Positions 1-12,943 are shown, counted from the first letter of the stretch. The stretch: DNA of 64,000 nucleotides from an uncultured delta proteobacterium (GCA_963785725.1 CAWAWS010000022.1:96001-160000); one strand, 5' to 3'. The notes: generated by a model not told the origin, from the sequence alone. Numbers and translations: made by a program.

Positions 1-1
1 G

Positions 2-955
2 CGCACGCGAGCGAGCAGCGGCCGGCAGGCGGCGCGACGGTGGCGCCCATGGCCGGCCGCGTGTCTCGCGCTCATCGCCGCGTCGGCTCAGGCGCAGGAC
101 CTAGGGCACAAGATCTTGGGCACGCTGGGGCTGCAAGCTGGCTCGCAAGCGCCGACCGGCCTCTACGTCGCCGACCAACTGCTCTTCTATTCGTCGAACG
201 ATCTCTTCGCCCGCGGCGGAACGCGCATTCCGATCCCGTTCGCCCTGCGCGTGGTCGCCAACGAGGTCGGCGTCTCGGGCAGCTACGAGATTCGCCCGAT
301 TCACACGTTCGTCACCGCCTCGGTGGCGCTGCCGATCGCCAACGTCACCGGCGGCATCGGCGACGTGCGCGGCAGCATCGACTCCTTCGGCCTCGCCGAC
401 GCCTTCATCCAGCCGCTCGCGCTCGGCTGGCGGCTGCCGCGGCTCGAGGTGCAGGTCGGCTACGCCTTCTACGTGCCGACGGGGCGGTTCGAGCCCGGCG
501 GCGCCGGCGGCGTCAGCAGCGGCTCGTGGTCGCACGAGCTGTCGGCCGGCGGCACGGTGGCCTTCGATCGCGCGCGCAGCTGGCAGCTCTCGGCGCTGGC
601 CAGCTACGAGCTCAACCAGCGCAAGATCGGCATCGACATCACCCGCGGCAGCACGCTGCAGGTTCAGGGCGGCCTCGGCAAGACGCTGACGCGCGTCGTC
701 GACCTCGGCGTCGTCGGCTACGGCCTGTGGCAGGTGAGCGACGACTCGGGCGCCGACCTGCCACCCATCCTGCGCGGCGCCCGCGATCGCGTCTACGGCG
801 TCGGCACCGAGCTCGACCTCACGCTGGCCGAGGCGCGCGCGCGTCTGGCCATCCGCTACACGCACGAGCTCGGCTCGGAGTCGCGGCCGCAAGGTCAGGC
901 GCTGGTCGTCGCGCTCAGCTTCACGCCCTGGCGCCCGCGGAGCACGCGCCGTTGA
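2..955 (+). CDS. SphA / phenol meta-degradation-pathway family outer-membrane protein (5' partial)
   Basis: Frame is open from the window edge. Signal-peptide-like CLALIAASAQA, then GLQAGSQAPTGLY, FGLADAFIQPLALGW, YAFYVPTGRF and alternating beta-strand pattern typical of this family. Confidence 0.7.
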   Translation, partial: RTRASSGRQAARRWRPWPAACLALIAASAQAQDLGHKILGTLGLQAGSQAPTGLYVADQLLFYSSNDLFARGGTRIPIPFALRVVANEVGVSGSYEIRPIHTFVTASVALPIANVTGGIGDVRGSIDSFGLADAFIQPLALGWRLPRLEVQVGYAFYVPTGRFEPGGAGGVSSGSWSHELSAGGTVAFDRARSWQLSALASYELNQRKIGIDITRGSTLQVQGGLGKTLTRVVDLGVVGYGLWQVSDDSGADLPPILRGARDRVYGVGTELDLTLAEARARLAIRYTHELGSESRPQGQALVVALSFTPWRPRSTRR

Positions 956-978
956 GCGCCGCCGCTCCATGCTGCCGC

Positions 979-1410
979 TCAGTGCTGCAAGAGGACCGCG
1001 ACCCAGACCGAGAGGAACAGGAGCGGGATGACGACCGAGGCCGCGGCGCCGGCGTAGCGGACGGCCGGGTGGCCCCAAATGACGACGCGCTGCAGGTCAT
1101 CGTCGGTCGAGACCAGCCGGCGCAGCTGCCACATCGACGCCAGCGCGCTCAGGATGCTGACGAAGAGCGACAACAGCGACAACAGCGCCGCCCACGGCAA
1201 GAGCGCCTGCAAGAGCACCATCTTGTGCAGCTGCACGCCCAGCGCGGCGCGCACGCCGGCGGCGCAGATGGCGTAGGCCGAGAAGAGGAATGCCTGCGAT
1301 CCGACCACCCAGGTCGTGCGATGCACGATCAGGTCGTCCTCGTGGTCGATGCGCGCGCGAATCCAGTGCAGCGCCTCGCGATCGCGCGCTTCGTCGTCCG
1401 ACTCGGGCAT
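979..1410 (-). CDS. Small hypothetical membrane protein (about 3 TM helices)
   Basis: ATG at 1410 (MPESDDEARD); three hydrophobic segments; EDDLIVHRTTWVVGSQAFLF precedes TM1. Confidence 0.6.
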   Translation of the reverse strand: MPESDDEARDREALHWIRARIDHEDDLIVHRTTWVVGSQAFLFSAYAICAAGVRAALGVQLHKMVLLQALLPWAALLSLLSLFVSILSALASMWQLRRLVSTDDDLQRVVIWGHPAVRYAGAAASVVIPLLFLSVWVAVLLQH

Positions 1411-1521
1411 TCGCCCCGGTTGGTGCACGCGCCGTACCGAACCGTCGCGCGCCCGCGAGCACACCGCGGCCCCGATTGCGCCGGCGGCCGCGGGCGCTAG
1501 CTCTGTCGCCGGAGGTCCCAC

Positions 1522-3342
1522 ATGGCGTCGCGCATCGAAGACTACGGCATCATCGGCAACACCAAGACGGTCGCGCTCGTGTCCAAGACGGGCTCACTCG
1601 ACTGGCTATGCGCGCCCCACTTCGACTCCGACGCCTGCTTCGCGTCGCTCTTGGGTTACGACGAGCACGGCCGCTGGGCGTTCCAGCCGACGGCCAAGGT
1701 CCGCACCATTCGCCAGCGCTATCTCGGCGACACGCTCATCCTCGTGACCGAGTTCGAGTGCGACGGCGGCTTGGCGCGCCTCGTCGACTTCATGCCGCCC
1801 AGCCACGACCGCTGCGACGTGGTGCGCGTGCTCGAGGGCGTCAGCGGCGAGGTGCCGTTCGAGATGGCGCTCACGCCGCGCTTCGGCTACGGCGCCGACC
1901 CCGCCTTCATACAGCGTGACGACGACGGCTTCGCGCTCATGAGCGGCCCCGACGCCTTTCGCCTCCGCGGCGCCGCCACCGCCGAGCGCCGCGACGGCAG
2001 CGTCTGGTCGCAGCTCACCGTGCGCAAGGGCGAGCGACTCGGCTTCCAGCTGGCCTGGCACCCGTCGCACCGCCCGGCGCCGCCGCCGCTCGACCTCGAC
2101 CGCGAGCGCCAACGCACCGACGCCTACTGGACCGCGTGGGCCGGGCGCTGCACCTACGAGGGCCAATTTCGCGAGGCGGTCCTGCGCTCTTTGTTGACGC
2201 TCAAGGCGCTCACCGACTCCGAGACCGGCGCCGTCGTGGCCGCGCCCACGGCGTCGCTGCCGGAGGAGCTCGGCGGCGTGCGCAACTGGGACTATCGCTT
2301 CTGCTGGCTGCGCGACGCCACGCTGACGCTGCACGCGCTCATGTTCGGCGGCTACAGCGACGAGGCCGCGGCCTTTCGCGACTGGCTGGTGCGCGCCATC
2401 GCCGGCGATCCGACGCGCGTGCAGATCATGTACGACGTGCGCGGCGGCCGGCGGCTGACCGAGCAGCAGCTGCCGTGGCTGCCCGGCTACGAGGCGTCGC
2501 GGCCGGTGCACATCGGCAACGCGGCCTCCGACCAGCTGCAGCTCGACATCTACGGCGAGGTCGTGAGCTGCTTTTACGCCGCGCGCCGCTTGGGCGTGCC
2601 GGAACAGCACGACGCGCAGGAGCCGGCGCTGCGGCTCATCGAGCACCTCGAGCGGATCTGGCAGCAGCCCGACGAAGGCATCTGGGAGGTGCGCGGCGCG
2701 CGCCGCCACTTCACCTACTCGAAGATGATGGCCTGGGTGGCGTTCGACCGCGTGGTGCGGCTGGTGCAGGAGTTTGGCGTGTTGGGCGCGATCGGGCAGC
2801 AGCGGCTGCCGCATTGGATCGGGCTGCGCGAGCGCATCCACCAAGAGGTGTGCGACCGCGGCTTCAACCCGCGCATCGGCGCCTTCACGCAGTCGTACGG
2901 CGGCGACACGCTCGACGCCAGCGTGCTCACCATGGTGCATTGCGGCTTCTTGCCGCCGAGCGACCCGCGCATCCGCGGCACGGTAGCGGCCATCGAGCGC
3001 GGCCTCATGCGCGACGGCTTCGTGCTGCGTTACGCGACCGAGCACGGCGTCGACGGCCTGGCCGGTGACGAGAGCCCTTTTCTGGCGTGCAGCTTCTGGC
3101 TGGCCGACAACTACGCGCTCGCCGGCCGCGTCGACGACGCCCATGCGCTGCTCGAGCGGCTGCTGGCGATTCGCAACCACGTCGGCCTGCTGGCGGAGGA
3201 GTACCATCCGGCGCTGCAGCGGCAGCTCGGCAATTTCCCGCAGGGCTTCTCGCACCTGGCGCTCATCATGAGCGCGCACGTGCTCGAGAGCGTGCGCCAG
3301 GGCCGCCAGCCGGCAGTGGCGGAGCCGACGTTCGCCACCTGA
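1522..3342 (+). CDS. Glycoside hydrolase family 15 (trehalase/glucoamylase-like)
   Basis: IEDYGIIGN, SLPEELGGVRNWDYRFCWLRD, QLDIYGE, DEGIWEVRG, LLAEEY, GNFPQGFSH; GGAGG RBS upstream. Confidence 0.95.
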   Translation: MASRIEDYGIIGNTKTVALVSKTGSLDWLCAPHFDSDACFASLLGYDEHGRWAFQPTAKVRTIRQRYLGDTLILVTEFECDGGLARLVDFMPPSHDRCDVVRVLEGVSGEVPFEMALTPRFGYGADPAFIQRDDDGFALMSGPDAFRLRGAATAERRDGSVWSQLTVRKGERLGFQLAWHPSHRPAPPPLDLDRERQRTDAYWTAWAGRCTYEGQFREAVLRSLLTLKALTDSETGAVVAAPTASLPEELGGVRNWDYRFCWLRDATLTLHALMFGGYSDEAAAFRDWLVRAIAGDPTRVQIMYDVRGGRRLTEQQLPWLPGYEASRPVHIGNAASDQLQLDIYGEVVSCFYAARRLGVPEQHDAQEPALRLIEHLERIWQQPDEGIWEVRGARRHFTYSKMMAWVAFDRVVRLVQEFGVLGAIGQQRLPHWIGLRERIHQEVCDRGFNPRIGAFTQSYGGDTLDASVLTMVHCGFLPPSDPRIRGTVAAIERGLMRDGFVLRYATEHGVDGLAGDESPFLACSFWLADNYALAGRVDDAHALLERLLAIRNHVGLLAEEYHPALQRQLGNFPQGFSHLALIMSAHVLESVRQGRQPAVAEPTFAT

Positions 3343-3421
3343 GCCGCGCCGACCTCATGCCGCCAGTGTATTCGTCCCGCATTTGATCGTCGGGCGCGTC
3401 GGGCGTGCCTAGAACTTCCGC

Positions 3422-4021
3422 GTGCAGCGGAAACTTCGCTATCTGCCGAAGCACGTCGTACGCACGCCCTCGCGCGCGCTCCTCGGCACGGAGCGGACGA
3501 CGCTCGGTGCACTGATCGCGCCGGTCGTCGCGGCGCATCCGTCGCAGTCGGGCGACGCCATTGGGCGGGTGCTCATCGACCGCATCGTGGCGGCCGCCGA
3601 TCGCGGCGTGCGCGTGCGCCTGCTCGTCGACGACTACGCGTCCGCCGGCCACGACACCGCCTTCGACACGCTCGCGGCCCATCGCAACGTCGAAGTGCGC
3701 GTCTTCAAGGCGGCCGTGTTCGATCGCAAGACGGTGTTCGTCGGATCGTTCAACCTCGACCCGCGCTCGGCCGCGCTCGACACGGAGACGGTGTTCGTCC
3801 TTCACAGCCCGGAGCTGGCCGAGCAGCTCCTCGAGTCCTTCGCCACCGATTTCGAGCCGGCCAACGCCTGGCGCATCGGCGAGGTCGCCGGCAAACACAA
3901 GGTCGCCTGGATCACCGAGCAGCCGGCCCAGCCCGTCGTCGAGCCGCACGATCCGGCCGGCGCGTGGCGGCGCTTCGTGCGGTCGATCGAAAAGGCGCTG
4001 CCGATTCGCAGCCTGTTATGA
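3422..4021 (+). pseudogene. Internally deleted phospholipase D / cardiolipin synthase C-like gene
   Basis: AADRGVRVRLLVDD..VEVRVF joins directly to KAAVFDRKTVFVGSFNLDPRS. No complete HxKxxxxD motif; only 199 aa. Confidence 0.7.
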
Positions 4022-4905
4022 CCGCCATGACGCACCACGGGTCGGCGCTGCCGCTGTTGGCGCTGCTGTCGGCCGGCTGCCTGCCGTTCGTCGGCAACAA
4101 AGGCGAGCCGCCGCGCACGTCGCTGGCTATCCAGCGGTTCGCGACCGCGGCCAGCGCGCTCGGCCTGCCGCCGTCGCCGCCGTCGCTGGCCGAGGTCACG
4201 CGGATGCTCGCCGACGCCGTCGAGTCGCTGCCCAACGCGCCCGGCGCGCACGATCGCGGGCAAGCGATCGGCGCCCACGCGCGCGCCATGACCGGCGACT
4301 CCGACGGCGACACGCAACAGGCGCGGCAGAGCGTGGAGCTGGCGCTGCAAGCGCTGCAGCACATGCGCAAGCCCGCCGGACCGAAGAAGGATCGCGAGCA
4401 CGCGCTCAGAGCCGTGCCCAAAGCCATCGGCGTCCACGACCAGTACCGCGCGTTGGCGCACGCGCTCGTCCTCTACAGCGGCGGTCAGACCTGGCAGGCC
4501 GCGGGCTCGACGCTGCGCGCGCTCGTCGCTCGGCTCTCCGTCGAGAATGACGACATCGCGCGCCATACCATCGCCGAGGCGCTGTTCGTCGTCGCCGAAG
4601 ATCTGGCGGCGCTGCATCTCGACACCGGCGACCTGCGCGACCGCGCCCAGCAGCTGACGGCGGCGGCGCCGCTCGACTATTCGGCCGCGCTGCACGAGGC
4701 GCTGGCGCGGGCGGTCGCCGCGCTGCGTAGCTACAAGGCGGGCTCGCCCGCCTTCCAGACGCTCGCCGCCGATGCGCACGAGGCCGTCGAACGCGTCACG
4801 CGCGATCGCCCGTTCGAGCTGCAGCGCCCGGCCACGCAAGATGCGCTGCGCCTCATTACTGATGCGTTGGTAATCGCGTCTCCGACCACGAAGAGCGGCC
4901 CGTGA
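4018..4905 (+). CDS. Hypothetical alpha-helical lipoprotein
   Basis: ATGA overlap with the upstream gene; lipobox LLALLSAGC. Confidence 0.65.
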   Translation: MTAMTHHGSALPLLALLSAGCLPFVGNKGEPPRTSLAIQRFATAASALGLPPSPPSLAEVTRMLADAVESLPNAPGAHDRGQAIGAHARAMTGDSDGDTQQARQSVELALQALQHMRKPAGPKKDREHALRAVPKAIGVHDQYRALAHALVLYSGGQTWQAAGSTLRALVARLSVENDDIARHTIAEALFVVAEDLAALHLDTGDLRDRAQQLTAAAPLDYSAALHEALARAVAALRSYKAGSPAFQTLAADAHEAVERVTRDRPFELQRPATQDALRLITDALVIASPTTKSGP

Positions 4906-7465
4906 GCACCCGATAGAGGAACGAGAGCTGCGCCAAGCCGATCGGCAGGACGTGGTAGGTGACCTGGAAGGGCTGGCCCGGCTGCTTGGTGATCGCTCCG
5001 TCGACGCTGTGGCCGGGCAGCATGCTGTTGATGCCGATGAGCGTGCGCATTCCCTTGGGCACGTGACGCAGCGCCAGCGCGTTGGTGATGACGATGCCGT
5101 AGTCGATGCCCACGCCGCCGCCGAGCGCCCCACTCCCTTTGGCGACGAGCCGAGCGCCGGGGACGTAAGCGACGGCGCGATCGAGCGTGAAGCTTCGCCC
5201 TTGCAGGCGCGCATCGGCGACGCCGCGATAGAACGGCGAGTCGAGGATGTAGCCGTGCGCGTCGCGAATCGTCAGGGTTCCGAGGACGCCGCCCTGCGCG
5301 AAGCGACCGTCGACGCCGAGCTGGAAGCTGCCGCGCACGCGCCGCGCGAGCGGTGCGAACGCCGTGTAATCGAGGTAGTCGACGACCGCGGCCAGCTGGA
5401 ACGCCCGGCCGGCGATGCGACCGCTGATGCGGGCGGTGCCAGGCCCCGCTTGCAGCTCGGCCCGCAGCGCGAGCACTTCGTGGCCGGCGAGCCCGCCGTG
5501 GACCCGAATCGGCCAGGCGGGCTGCAGCTGCGGCCACAGCTGCTGCACCAGCGACGGCGAGAGCACGAGCTCCTGCACCGACGCGTCGATGTGACCGCCG
5601 CGATAGTGAAGCGCGCCGTACAAGTGGCTGTCACCGAGCCAGGCCGTCACGGTGCGCACGTCGACGTTCGCGCCCTCGGTCGCGAGCACGTGCGCCGTGG
5701 CGCGCAGCGTCCCGGCGATCGTCGCCGTCTCGACGCGAAGCGTGGCGTCGCCATTCTTGCCGACGAGCGCGACCTGCCCCGTCCACGGCCGCGGCAGCGG
5801 ACGGCCCACGAGGCGCGACACCAGCGCCCGCGACAGCCGCAGCGGCGCGGCGTGCACCGCGAGCTGCCGCTCGCCGAGCACGTAGCGCGCGTCGCCCTCG
5901 GCGTGGGCGCCCGCGAAGTCGGCGACGGCGTCTTTGACCTCGACGCGGCGGCCGGTCCAGGTCAAAAGGCCACGCGCGGAGAAGCGGCGACGCTTCCAGA
6001 TCCCCGAGAGCTGGCGGAATTGGATCGTCCGCTCGCGGCCGAGCCGCAGCTGCGGGGTGTCGGCGGCGATCGCCGAGAGCCGATGGCCGCCGACGTCGAG
6101 CGTGCCGCCGGCGACACGCGCGCGTCCGACCAAGGTCTGCCGCTCGAGCCGGCCGGTGAAGCGGGCGCTGCCGGAGACGCGCATCGCCGGCGCGCTGCCG
6201 ACGAGCCGCGCCGGCTGCACCGCCTGCGCGAACAGGCGCACGTCGCCGGCGCGCGACGGCAGGTTGATGCGCCCGTGATAGGCGAGCCGTGCCGCTTCCA
6301 GCCGCACCTGCCCGCGCACGTCGAGCGCCGATGCCGGGCCGTCGGCCGCGAGCGCGAGGTCGATCGGCGCCGCCGGTTGCAGGCGCACGAGCCGCGCCTC
6401 CGACGGCAGCAGATGCAGCTTCAGGCCCACGCGTAGCTGGCGCCGCGAGAACGAACCGCTGCCGTCGACGCGACTGCCGCCCACGACTGCGTGCAGCGTC
6501 GGGACGAGGATGAGGCCCGGGCGATACGCGAGCCGCGCGGCCAATCGGATCGGCCGGCGCGTGCCCGTGGCGTGCGCCTCGACGGTCGCGGTCCGGCGCG
6601 ACCGGTCGACGACGACGCGCAGCCGCATCGTCCGCCCGCGCTGCGCCGCGTCGACCGTGCTCGTGAGCGCCTGCTCGTCGCCTTCGAGGAGGCCATGCAG
6701 ACGCAGCGGGCCACGTCCACCGACGAGTCGCGTCGCCAGCGGCGCCGCGATCTCGAGCGCATCGACGTTGACCTCGAGATGCTCGGGCGAGTAATAGACC
6801 TGACCGTGGCCACGAAGCTGCCCCGGCCGCTCGACGGCAAAGCGGCTCCTGACCCACGTCGGCTGTCGTTCCGCCCAGCCGACGGCGCCGAAAGCGCACA
6901 CCGCGTTGCCGGCGACGCTGGCCGAGACGCGGCGCACGTCGAGGCGGGCGCTCGAGTGCAGCGTCGCCGTCCCGTCGACGCGCCTAAAGACGTGCTGCTT
7001 CCAGCTCACCCGCCCATCGTGCGCGATGATCAGCTTGACGAAGGTGTCGCGCGCCGGACCGCCCGAGTCGGCGCTCAGCCAGCGCGCGCGATCGAGCGCG
7101 ATCACGGGCTCGTCCACGCGCACCTCCTCGAGCTCGCGCCCGAACAGCAGACGCAGCGGCCGCCAGCGGGCCGCCATACGCGGCGCGTATCCGACGATGG
7201 CGCCGTCCGGGTTGCGCACGACGACGTCGTTCGCGCGTAGGCCCGTCCAAAGCCCGCCGTCGAGGCGGCCCACCGTCACCACGCCGGGCACGCGCTCGTT
7301 GAGCAGCCGAGTGAGCACCCGCTCGACGGTGCGATGGCCGTACGACGTGCGAATCCACAGCCGCGGCACGACGACGACCAGCGCGCCCGCCAGCGCGGCG
7401 CAACCAATCCCGAGCGCAAGCCAGCGGAGCCAAGGACGCACACCGCTTGCGAGTGCACGAACCAT
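4856..7465 (-). CDS. AsmA/TamB-like membrane-anchored beta-rich protein
   Basis: ATG at 7465; N-terminal TM, then LLNERVPGVVTVGRLDGGLWTGLRANDVVVRNPDG (TamB-like N-terminus) and long repetitive beta-strand content. Confidence 0.6.
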   Translation of the reverse strand: MVRALASGVRPWLRWLALGIGCAALAGALVVVVPRLWIRTSYGHRTVERVLTRLLNERVPGVVTVGRLDGGLWTGLRANDVVVRNPDGAIVGYAPRMAARWRPLRLLFGRELEEVRVDEPVIALDRARWLSADSGGPARDTFVKLIIAHDGRVSWKQHVFRRVDGTATLHSSARLDVRRVSASVAGNAVCAFGAVGWAERQPTWVRSRFAVERPGQLRGHGQVYYSPEHLEVNVDALEIAAPLATRLVGGRGPLRLHGLLEGDEQALTSTVDAAQRGRTMRLRVVVDRSRRTATVEAHATGTRRPIRLAARLAYRPGLILVPTLHAVVGGSRVDGSGSFSRRQLRVGLKLHLLPSEARLVRLQPAAPIDLALAADGPASALDVRGQVRLEAARLAYHGRINLPSRAGDVRLFAQAVQPARLVGSAPAMRVSGSARFTGRLERQTLVGRARVAGGTLDVGGHRLSAIAADTPQLRLGRERTIQFRQLSGIWKRRRFSARGLLTWTGRRVEVKDAVADFAGAHAEGDARYVLGERQLAVHAAPLRLSRALVSRLVGRPLPRPWTGQVALVGKNGDATLRVETATIAGTLRATAHVLATEGANVDVRTVTAWLGDSHLYGALHYRGGHIDASVQELVLSPSLVQQLWPQLQPAWPIRVHGGLAGHEVLALRAELQAGPGTARISGRIAGRAFQLAAVVDYLDYTAFAPLARRVRGSFQLGVDGRFAQGGVLGTLTIRDAHGYILDSPFYRGVADARLQGRSFTLDRAVAYVPGARLVAKGSGALGGGVGIDYGIVITNALALRHVPKGMRTLIGINSMLPGHSVDGAITKQPGQPFQVTYHVLPIGLAQLSFLYRVLTGRSSWSETRLPTHQ

Positions 7466-7617
7466 GCGTGGCGGATCTTCGAGAGTCGGCCGCACGATGG
7501 CGGCAGCCTGGAAGCGGCCGAGGCCATGGCCGACCGCACGCTCCCCCTCGGCGAGCGCTTCGGCACGCTGAGCACGCGCCGCCGCGGGCCGAAGAACGGT
7601 CGCGAGCGCGGATGGCG

Positions 7618-8673
7618 CTACAGCGCTTCGAGGTGGCGCTCGTAGACCTCGATCACCGTCACGACGAGCGCCACCACCAGCGGGCCCAAGAACAGGCCGG
7701 CGACGCCGAACGAGATGACGCCGCCGAAGACGCCGATGAACACCAGCAGCGGATGGAGCTGCAGGCCGCGCTTGGTCAACAGCGGACGCACGACGTTGTC
7801 GACGGCGCTGATGACAAGGATGCCGTAGATGGCGAGGCCAATCCCGCGCAGCCAGCCGTGGCCGAGCCCGACCGCGACCGACACCGGCAGCCACACGAGC
7901 GCCGGGCCGACGACCGGAACGAGCGCCGCGAACAGCGTCGCCGCGCCCCAGGTCAGCGGCATCGGCGCGCCGAACAGGAAGTAGCCCAGCATCGCCGCCA
8001 GCGCCTGCGCCAGCGCCGTCCCCAGGTTGCCGACGACGACGGCGACGCTGACGCGATGGAAGCGATCGAAGAACGTGTGCGTGTCGCGCGCCGGCAGCGG
8101 CACCAGCTTGACGAAGCGCGCGCGCCAGCGATCGCCGTCGAGAAAGAAGTAATAGAGCGCCACCGCCAGCAGGAACAGGCCGATGCCGATGTGCAGCGCG
8201 GCGCGGCTGAGCGCGGCCACGAACGTGCCGAGCTGGCCGACGATCTGCGGCGCCGCCGCCGCCAGCTTGGGCCGCAAGTCGGCCGCCGCCCGCTCGACGA
8301 CGGCGCGCAACGGCCCGAGGTGCGCCGCGAAGCGCTCGATCGACAGCGGCCCCTCGTGCTGCAGGCTGTGCGCGAGCTCGGTGCCTTCGGTGATCAGCCG
8401 CTGAATGACGATCGTCGCCAGCAGCACGATCGGGACCAAGATTCCGCCGAACGTCAGCCCGACGACGCACAAGCTCGCCATTCGGCGGCGGCCATGCAAC
8501 CGGCGCAGCAGCCAATGGAACAGCGGTGCGACCAGCGACGCCAACGCCGCCGCCAACAAGATCGACACCAGCACCGGTCGCACCGTGAGATACGCGACAT
8601 ACAGCAGCAAGAGGACGGCGAGCACCGTCACGATCTGCCCGCCGGTCGGCACCAACGAACGCGGCGGCGCCAT
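7618..8673 (-). CDS. AI-2E family transporter
   Basis: YYFFLDG, ALVPVVGPALVWLP, DNVVRPLL, HPLLVFIGVFGG..FGVAGLFLGP. Confidence 0.92.
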   Translation of the reverse strand: MAPPRSLVPTGGQIVTVLAVLLLLYVAYLTVRPVLVSILLAAALASLVAPLFHWLLRRLHGRRRMASLCVVGLTFGGILVPIVLLATIVIQRLITEGTELAHSLQHEGPLSIERFAAHLGPLRAVVERAAADLRPKLAAAAPQIVGQLGTFVAALSRAALHIGIGLFLLAVALYYFFLDGDRWRARFVKLVPLPARDTHTFFDRFHRVSVAVVVGNLGTALAQALAAMLGYFLFGAPMPLTWGAATLFAALVPVVGPALVWLPVSVAVGLGHGWLRGIGLAIYGILVISAVDNVVRPLLTKRGLQLHPLLVFIGVFGGVISFGVAGLFLGPLVVALVVTVIEVYERHLEAL

Positions 8674-8764
8674 ATTCGTGGGCTCTGTCGTCGACGTCGG
8701 CACGCGGATCGGGGTCAAGCATTCCCCGCGCCATCGGGAATGAATCTGGCATTCCACCTCGGTC

Positions 8765-11227
<2,463 letters not shown>

Positions 11228-11311
11228 GCGGTGACGATCGAGGTCGGGCCGCGACGGTCCTTTCGGCTCGTTTGCCCTTCCGTCGGGCTGCCTAGCGACT
11301 AGGTAGGATGG

Positions 11312-12604
11312 GTGGCCACTCGCGATCGCTTCCGCTCGACGGTCGTGCTGCTCGTCGGCGCCATGTTCGCCGTCGTCGTCAGCTTCATCGGCTCCAGCGT
11401 CTACACGCGCCAGCGGCTCTCGCATACGGCGAACGCCCTAAGCGTCGCCACCAACGCGGCGCCGAGCATCCGCTATCTGACCGAGGCCCGCAGCAGCATG
11501 ACGAGCCTGGCGGTGCACGTCACCCGCGCGGCGTCGCTCGGCGAAGGCATCCCGGTGACGGGCGTGCCCGAGCGGCGGCTCCTACAGGCTTCGCTCGATG
11601 CTTACCTCGCGTTGCCGGTCTACGTCGGCGAAAGAGAGCAACAGGCGCGCCTCATGGCCACGCTGGGACAGCTCGATTGGCTGCTGATCGAAGTGCCCAA
11701 CCGGCTCACCAGCGACGGGATCTCCGGGCGCGCCTGGGTCTTCGACACGTTTCTCCCCGCCGTCCGCCGCGTCGACGACGCGCTCCGCGATCTCGTCGAC
11801 TTCAACGGCGTCCAGCTCGAGAACGACGCGCGCGCGATCCGGCGCAACGAGGTCCGCTACAACGCCATCGCTTACTCGCTCAATGGATTGAGCCTCGGGC
11901 TCGCCATCCTCGCGACGGCGCTGGTGTTGCGCGCCGTGCGCCGATTTTACCTGGTGCTGGAGAAGCGGTCGACGCAGCTCGAATACTTCGCCGTGCAGAT
12001 CGCGCACGACATCTTCAACCCGCTGACGCCCATCGCGGTGGCGCTGCGCTCGTCGCAGCGACGCGGCGAGCCGAGCGCCGTCCTCGAGCGCGCGCTGCGC
12101 GGCGTCGACCGGATCCAGCGCAACGTCGAGGGGCTGCTCGCCTTCGCGCAGGCGAGCACGGTCGTCGCCGACGCCGGCCCCGCCGGCATCGGCCCGGCGC
12201 TGGCCGAGGTCGTCGCCGACGCGCGCGGTCGCGGCGCGGCCCACGTCGTCGTCGAGCCGGTGGTCGATCGGCAGGTGGCGTGCAGCCCGCACGTGCTGCG
12301 GCGCATCCTGCGCGAAGTCGTCGGCTACGCGATCGACGCCGCCGCCGACGAGGTGCACGTGCGCGCCGAGCGCCGCCGCGGCGCCACGCGCCTCGAGGTC
12401 AGCTTCGCCGTGCCCGAAGGGCTGACCGATCCGTTCGGGCCGCGCATTCGCGGCGCCGACAGCGGCTATCCCGGCATCGACCTCGAGATGCCGACGGTGC
12501 GCCGCATGATCGAGGCGATCGGCGGCGCCACCGGCGTCATGATCCACCGCGCGCGCTGCATCCTTTGGGTACGCCTGCCCGAGCCGAGCGTGTCAGTTGG
12601 GTGA
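11312..12604 (+). CDS. Membrane sensor with HisKA-like H-box and degenerate ATPase domain
   Basis: Two TM helices around a helical periplasmic domain; IAHDIFNPLTPI H-box; N and G boxes not recognisable. Confidence 0.65.
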   Translation: MATRDRFRSTVVLLVGAMFAVVVSFIGSSVYTRQRLSHTANALSVATNAAPSIRYLTEARSSMTSLAVHVTRAASLGEGIPVTGVPERRLLQASLDAYLALPVYVGEREQQARLMATLGQLDWLLIEVPNRLTSDGISGRAWVFDTFLPAVRRVDDALRDLVDFNGVQLENDARAIRRNEVRYNAIAYSLNGLSLGLAILATALVLRAVRRFYLVLEKRSTQLEYFAVQIAHDIFNPLTPIAVALRSSQRRGEPSAVLERALRGVDRIQRNVEGLLAFAQASTVVADAGPAGIGPALAEVVADARGRGAAHVVVEPVVDRQVACSPHVLRRILREVVGYAIDAAADEVHVRAERRRGATRLEVSFAVPEGLTDPFGPRIRGADSGYPGIDLEMPTVRRMIEAIGGATGVMIHRARCILWVRLPEPSVSVG

Positions 12605-12943
12605 GCCGCAGTGCTGCTCGACCGTCGTCAAGAGCACGTCGATGTCGATCGGCTTGTTGAGGAGCCGGTGGCCGGTGGGCGGATGCGACCCCGCGTGCGC
12701 CGACTCGATGACGATCGACAGGTCGGCGAGCTCGGCTTCGGCGGCGACGGCGCGCAAGAATTGCCAGCCATCCATCACCGGCATCACCAGGTCCAACAGG
12801 ATGAGGCAGGGCCGTTTCTTGTCGAGGAGGATGCCGAGCGCTTCGCGACCGTTGGCGGCCGTCACGACCGTGTAACCACTGTCTACGAGCACGTCACGCA
12901 AGCACTCGCGGACGTCCTCGTCGTCGTCAACAACCAGTACCAT
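12593..12943 (-). CDS. Single-domain response regulator
   Basis: VLVVDDD, LLDLVMPVMDG, KP motif. Confidence 0.9.
   Translation of the reverse strand: MVLVVDDDEDVRECLRDVLVDSGYTVVTAANGREALGILLDKKRPCLILLDLVMPVMDGWQFLRAVAAEAELADLSIVIESAHAGSHPPTGHRLLNKPIDIDVLLTTVEQHCGSPN

Noticed and set aside
8747..8762. Sigma54 promoter before the P-type ATPase
   Set aside because: TGGCAT is present but the -12 position reads CG, not GC.
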